20,373 bases of DNA from an uncultured archaeon (GTDB taxonomy: Archaea > Thermoplasmatota > Penumbrarchaeia > JASLWR01): NCBI GenBank assembly GCA_964342815.1, contig CAYFHS010000048.1, forward strand, positions 1 to 20,373, in the 5' to 3' direction. Of the stretch, positions 16,801 to 20,373 are shown piece by piece. Position 1 is the first letter of the stretch. The number at the start of each line of letters is the position of its first letter. The translations under genes and the position numbers were made by a program. Under the pieces are notes generated by a model that made no database searches, was not told where the DNA came from, and saw nothing but the letters and a program-made list of their open reading frames with translations.

Positions 16801-19800
16801 GGCCAGTTTCGGAGTGAATATGCTTCCCCATAACTATGACGGCGTTGCAGTGAGTATTGACAATGAGAACTGGTACAAGGTATGGTCGCCGAATTCAGCG
16901 GCAGAATGGGCATTGATCGAGAACAAAAATTTATTGAGCATTCTTCCAAATAGCTCCGTTGATGCGAAAGAAGACCTGTATATCCGGTTCCAGCAGTACG
17001 GGAGCGGCAAGATCAAAACCGAGGGAATTCTCTGGGACGAGATCTATCTCGAATCGAACGCGGATGTTGAATACATTTTCGAGGTACCGCAATTGAACAT
17101 TGGATTCGAAACGGCACCCGATCCGTTCACAATCTATGCTGAGACCCAGGGAGATCCTGATTCTGCTACCGTAAAAGTAAAGCTGTCCGGCTCTATCGGT
17201 TTCGACTGGGAAGGCGGCGCTCGTGGTCCTCGAGCCGAACCGATTGTTTACAATTTTTCAAATGCCGGGGCTTCAGGTAGATCCGGTCCTACTCAAGGCC
17301 AGGTGAATTCAGCTTATTCGAATACGAATTTAAAGGATCTGGTCACCATCAGAACCCGCGGAATACAGGAATGGAAGATACCGAAAAAAGGTGAATATAC
17401 TTTCACGGTAAAAGGGGCTGAATCTGGAACGGATCGCTATGGTGCCAATTATACCGGAAAAGGGGCCAGCATGCAAGGTACCTTCGAATTGGAAGCCGAT
17501 CAGGTCATAAAGATCCTGGTAGGCCAGAAAGGGGATAATACCGGATTTTGTTGCGGTTCGGCAGGTGGTGGCGGTTCGTTTGTGACGAAATCGGACAATT
17601 CGCCGCTGATAATCGCAGGTGGCGGCGGTGGAGCAAGAATGGATAGTGGTGGTACCAATCGTAGCTTCCAGGACGGAACTACCGGTAAAAATGGGCGAAA
17701 TGCTTATTATCGCGGTGAGAACGGTGGAACTGGAGGTACCAATGGTAATGGTGGCAGATGGAATCGGTCCGGATGCGGCGGAGGTCCGGGAGGTGGGTTA
17801 TCTGGTGATGGAGAAAATGGCGGCGGCTGCAGGGGTTCCGGAGGTAAGGCCTTTAAGAACGGTGGCGAAGGTGGTGTATCTTCTTACTGTGGTGGTACCT
17901 CTGGATTTGGCGGCGGCGGCGGAGTGGGCTGCGGCGGTGCGGGAGGAGGAGGAGGATATGGCGGTGGCGGTTCTGTTGACTGGGGAAGCGCCGGTGGCGG
18001 AGGTTCCTATAACGATGGTACGGAACAGAGCAATCAAGCAGGTGCGAATTCTGGGAATGGAAGCGTTACAGTCACATATATTGGTGGTGGAGATCCCATT
18101 GCCGAGGAGGTCAGGTTTACCTACGAAAAGGCAGAAGGTCTGGTCATTGATGGAGATGCTGACATTGAAGAAGTAACCTGGTCATCTGCAGATGAGAACG
18201 AAGAAGATGCATTACTTGATGGAGACGAGTTCGAGATCGAATTCGATCTTTCGTCCCCTGACGGGTTTTACGACAGTATCGGCCCTGCAACGGTTTCTTA
18301 CTTCTCTTGGGATGGCGATGAGATCGAATATGTTCTACCTATACCCAACTTGAGAATACAGGCTTTTTCCTATGCAAAATTGGAAGGAGAGGTTATAGCA
18401 AATAACGGTGCCGAACAGAATGATCCTGGTTCACTTTTGGCCATGGAATCATATGACGACCAGGACCCACCGGGCGTCATGCCGGGTCAGGTATTTACCA
18501 ACTGGCGTGCTAAGGACCTTGGCGACAGCGTGGAATTCATTGACGCCATAGATAATGCAACGGGTCAACCGTTCACCCACAAGAAGATAATCAGGGTTAC
18601 CGGTGGAAAACCCGGTGATACGGGAACTGTTTATACAACCCACAAGGCATCCGGGGAAGAGGATGGATACCCCGTCACCCTTGTTTCAGGTCCGGTTGCC
18701 CAGGGTAGCATCTACCAGCAGGAAACTTACGTCGTAGGTGAGACCGGTGTTATCTCAGTCGCCCTTGAGGATGATTACGGAAATGCCTGTGTCGATTGGA
18801 AGGACCGCATGTATGTGAAAGTGACCGCCGGTAAGGTGGAGTTCGAGGATAAGCTAGAAAATGATGCCACCGGAGACTACTACATGTATACTGCCAAGGA
18901 CAAGGGGGTCCATGATTTCATCATCACCCCTTTAACCTTCCATGCCATAGGCCCGACCGTCATCGAGTTCAAGACCGTATCCGTTCCCATCGGTGAGCCT
19001 GCCAGCCTCAAAGTCGTGGCGGGTCCGGTAAAATCCCTGCATGTTGACTACGACCCGGCAAACATGCCCGGATGGGATGGTTCATACTATGCCGGTGAGG
19101 AGCTGTATTTCACTATCTACGGCACTGACAAGATGGGTAACCCCTCCTCAACATATGATGCACCGATAATCGTGACCCATGATTTCAAGACCGAGAACAA
19201 GGAACTTGTTCCTGATCCGTGGCAGAGCAGTGACGGTGCAGTTATCTTGAACATGGTTGACGGTGTGGCCGCCAACTATCCCGATACGCCTATCAAGTTC
19301 TATGGTGCTGGCGAAGTAAGCCTGACATTCCGCTCGAAGGTAAATCTGGAAGGAATTAACGGATACACCAAGAAGATCACAGTGAATCCCACCTATCTTG
19401 ATCACCTGGAGGCAATGCCCGGCGGTCCTGATGCTGCGCCTGTAACGGTTGACGTGAAAGTGGGAGAAACCCAGTTCTTTTCCGTCAAGGGCTTCGACGA
19501 GTTCGACAACCCAATCGAGATCGATAGCACAACCTGGCGTGTGGATGCTGATATCAAGGCCAAGGAGACCCCCGATGTTCTGAATAATGGTGAGTTCAAG
19601 GCCATAGAGTACTTCGGCCCCAATGACGAAGGTGTCGTCTTTGACGTTGATCTGGGTTTATCCACAAGAAAAGGCAATGTTGAGGTTACTGCTGTCTGTC
19701 CCCGCGACCAGCGGGAGATAAAACGTGATATCTCAGTTCGAGTTTTAAATGACAAGGACGTGTGGCTGGATGCCAGCGATATCGAGCCTGAACATATACT

Positions 19801-20373
19801 TGCCGGACACGAGATGAACTTCAAGGCGAATATCTATTACGATATGCCCGTGACCGATCCGGGAACCAAGGACCAGGCTTCCGCCCTGGGTGATCTCTTC
19901 GAGGTCACAGTGATCGTGTCTCTCGTAGATAAGGACGGAAAGAATCCCTTCGAGCTTGTAAGGGAGCCGATCAGGTTTGAAGACCTGAACACCAATCCCG
20001 ATGGTATCGAGAGTTTCAACGTGAAGGTACCCTGGGAGAGTTTCAGCGATAACATCAAAGTATGGGAAGACGGTAACGACGACACCAAGAACTATCTGCT
20101 TGTCGAGGTAGATGAGGTTATCGGGGGAACTGACATGAAGCTCTTCGAGAAGACCAATGACAACAACCGGGTTACAGTGGAGCTGTATACCGTTGGAGCC
20201 CCTGCTGCGTCCCAGACACCGTCATTCGCCCCATCAGTTGCGGCAATGGGTATTGCTCTTCTGGGTCTCGCTGTAGGGAGCACTTTCTACTCTGGCAAGA
20301 GGCGGAAAAAAGGCTACCGAGGGGACCGCGAAGCTGTTTCTCCAGTTATCGCCATCATCCTCATGGTGGCCAT
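13808..20373 (+). CDS. Giant cell-surface protein, 3'-partial (>2188 aa): signal/TM, 4 ALK/LTK-type Gly-rich domains, jelly-roll and Ig-like/CARDB stalk, TPSF-TM-basic tail, internal class III (type IV pilin) signal
   Basis: Translated by hand in frame 2 from ATG 13802/13808 to the window end with no stop. All + strand track ORFs in this region are in other frames. N-terminus MNELKKPNRPHNRYVKIGIWIVLSALILAGLAIIVGVAF; C-terminus ...TPSFAPSVAAMGIALLGLAVGSTFYSGKRRKKGYRGDREAVSPVIAIILMVA. Confidence 0.92.
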   Translation, partial: MNELKKPNRPHNRYVKIGIWIVLSALILAGLAIIVGVAFEEFGGERASIEEIVYMPQQHDYSRGTSTLSYSMAARYSDGSIGSLPDVNRNELFLGTTDTINTDTDGMDKEDRTRKTEEGAEFNFSYTGSAQSWEVPDNGIYKLEVWGARGGYCYANYGKGGKAWGELELTKGETLKIYVGGSPGNSRNGGFNGGGNNRTGSGGGGGGGTDIRRNGDAMANRIIVGGGGGGTACSSNSHGGDGGGNEGKHGYRFGNYNDHYAGGGGTQNGGGRAGGCCGAQPGQLGRGGDTATGDDCGAGGGGYYGGGGGSNDSGGGGGSSYYANLDNGGTQAGDNDGHGKVKITFVQGGGGSAVYDYKYKDGTGISKDFTYTGGQQSWVVPGGTKFIDVDAFGGEGGSGGKGGQIKARLTVTPGETLYIYVGGKGANQHGNRSGGWNGGGQGGSSNGGRYGAGGGGGTDIRRGGTGWANRILVAGGGGGYYGGGGGGAGITTCCGDSSRNGNSGSQGTGGKGGDAQDGCASGYNNNGGDGGKGGGTTGGNGGRYRGSGNPGNGGTQNGGGSGGSKAGQCDADQISGGGGGGGSSYAKSGSKNIKHTQGVHSGNGKIKISTPPEILGVYYQEPFSDEFKDSEFGPAWSPYSSDDENARNERIDTEPGKKEKAKFTFTNCTQTGRNGPSQGQVNTAYGNSNLNGKVTVSNGVQSWVVPETGKYTIEVQGAVGGKSRYGSANPGKGAKMSGEFNLTKGETIYVVVGQKGLQCQSWANSANGAGGGGGGTFVYKANKTLLIAAGGGGGAGHVNARNPYYHGMDAVTGTTGTESRGRNPGGSNGNNGSGTSGGRGWNTVKNNPIGEPCRGWGEFQAHGGFGGGGGNYYHDGGGGGGYSGGGGNRGGGSPTSYPAGGGGASYNNGANKDDKAGVNTEDGKAMFIQYEVINDPGFDAYDEEEQGTTCWVMDTAGARGANLNQLLLHIGLDAGEGSVTSLKLSFAAEVYGTTEVMPASFGVNMLPHNYDGVAVSIDNENWYKVWSPNSAAEWALIENKNLLSILPNSSVDAKEDLYIRFQQYGSGKIKTEGILWDEIYLESNADVEYIFEVPQLNIGFETAPDPFTIYAETQGDPDSATVKVKLSGSIGFDWEGGARGPRAEPIVYNFSNAGASGRSGPTQGQVNSAYSNTNLKDLVTIRTRGIQEWKIPKKGEYTFTVKGAESGTDRYGANYTGKGASMQGTFELEADQVIKILVGQKGDNTGFCCGSAGGGGSFVTKSDNSPLIIAGGGGGARMDSGGTNRSFQDGTTGKNGRNAYYRGENGGTGGTNGNGGRWNRSGCGGGPGGGLSGDGENGGGCRGSGGKAFKNGGEGGVSSYCGGTSGFGGGGGVGCGGAGGGGGYGGGGSVDWGSAGGGGSYNDGTEQSNQAGANSGNGSVTVTYIGGGDPIAEEVRFTYEKAEGLVIDGDADIEEVTWSSADENEEDALLDGDEFEIEFDLSSPDGFYDSIGPATVSYFSWDGDEIEYVLPIPNLRIQAFSYAKLEGEVIANNGAEQNDPGSLLAMESYDDQDPPGVMPGQVFTNWRAKDLGDSVEFIDAIDNATGQPFTHKKIIRVTGGKPGDTGTVYTTHKASGEEDGYPVTLVSGPVAQGSIYQQETYVVGETGVISVALEDDYGNACVDWKDRMYVKVTAGKVEFEDKLENDATGDYYMYTAKDKGVHDFIITPLTFHAIGPTVIEFKTVSVPIGEPASLKVVAGPVKSLHVDYDPANMPGWDGSYYAGEELYFTIYGTDKMGNPSSTYDAPIIVTHDFKTENKELVPDPWQSSDGAVILNMVDGVAANYPDTPIKFYGAGEVSLTFRSKVNLEGINGYTKKITVNPTYLDHLEAMPGGPDAAPVTVDVKVGETQFFSVKGFDEFDNPIEIDSTTWRVDADIKAKETPDVLNNGEFKAIEYFGPNDEGVVFDVDLGLSTRKGNVEVTAVCPRDQREIKRDISVRVLNDKDVWLDASDIEPEHILAGHEMNFKANIYYDMPVTDPGTKDQASALGDLFEVTVIVSLVDKDGKNPFELVREPIRFEDLNTNPDGIESFNVKVPWESFSDNIKVWEDGNDDTKNYLLVEVDEVIGGTDMKLFEKTNDNNRVTVELYTVGAPAASQTPSFAPSVAAMGIALLGLAVGSTFYSGKRRKKGYRGDREAVSPVIAIILMVA
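14171..14845 (+). repeat. Gly-rich ALK/LTK-like domain, copy 1
   Basis: FNFSYTGSAQSWEVP...YKLEVWGARGG...GELELTKGETLKIYVGG...GGGGGTDIR...IIVGGGGGG...GGGGSSY...GHGKVKITF. Confidence 0.85.
14909..15634 (+). repeat. Gly-rich ALK/LTK-like domain, copy 2
   Basis: DFTYTGGQQSWVVP...DAFGGEGG...LTVTPGETLYIYVGGKG...GGGGTDIR...ILVAGGGGG...GGGGSSY...GNGKIKIS. Confidence 0.85.
15794..16597 (+). repeat. Gly-rich ALK/LTK-like domain, copy 3
   Basis: FTFTNCTQTGRNGPSQGQVNTAYGNSNL...GVQSWVVPETGKYTIEVQGAVGG...GEFNLTKGETIYVVVGQKG...GGGGGGTFV...LLIAAGGGGG...GGFGGGGG...GGGGGGYSGG. Confidence 0.88.
17249..18082 (+). repeat. Gly-rich ALK/LTK-like domain, copy 4
   Basis: YNFSNAGASGRSGPTQGQVNSAYSNTNL...GIQEWKIP...GTFELEADQVIKILVGQKG...GGGGSFV...PLIIAGGGGG...GFGGGGG...GGGGSYN...GNGSVTVTY. 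Confidence 0.88.
18730..19560 (+). repeat. Three Ig-like stalk repeats carrying a D-x-x-[GD]-N motif
   Basis: VGETGVISVALEDDYGN (~18734-18784), AGEELYFTIYGTDKMGN (~19091-19141), VGETQFFSVKGFDEFDN (~19460-19510). Followed by a CARDB-like segment ending EKTNDNNRVTVEL. Confidence 0.6.

Noticed and set aside
14171-18082. Possible diversity-generating retroelement template/variable repeat pairs among the four copies
   Set aside because: Similarity is at protein level with many synonymous differences. I saw no near-identical DNA pair differing only at adenines, and there is no reverse transcriptase in the window.
13864-18176. Many Ala/Val/Arg-rich ORFs on both strands in the ORF track (e.g. 14478..14831, 15288..15587, 16041..16340, 17619..18176, 14379..14765)
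   Set aside because: Shadow frames of the GGC/GGT-rich poly-Gly codons of the giant frame-2 ORF; no independent motifs or start signals.

Overview
Archaeal chromosomal window, most likely Thermoplasmata/Thermoplasmatota. This is inferred from an archaeal PriS, archaeal TATA/SD signals, a DWG-type Hanks kinase and an 'EAVSPVIAIILMVA' class III pilin signal. Gene order: membrane-anchored Ser/Thr pseudokinase (-); xseA-xseB-nitrilase-CPBP protease operon (+); membrane 4Fe-4S protein and adenosine-specific kinase family gene (+); on the - strand priS, then a eukaryote-like E2 ubiquitin-conjugating enzyme, a 45-aa ORF and an Rpn11-like JAB/MPN+ protease with a C-terminal membrane hairpin; then a cation:proton antiporter and a CBS protein (+). 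The last 6.5 kb is one uninterrupted ORF (>2188 aa) that the ORF track missed, probably because it runs off the window without a stop. It encodes a giant surface protein with four ALK/LTK-type glycine-rich domains and an Ig/CARDB stalk, ending in a TPSF-TM-KRRKK sorting-like tail fused in frame to an internal type IV prepilin cleavage motif. The two best candidates for undescribed biology are the E2/ORF45/membrane-JAB operon, which has no Ubl, E1 or E3 in the window, and the adhesin-pilin polyprotein.
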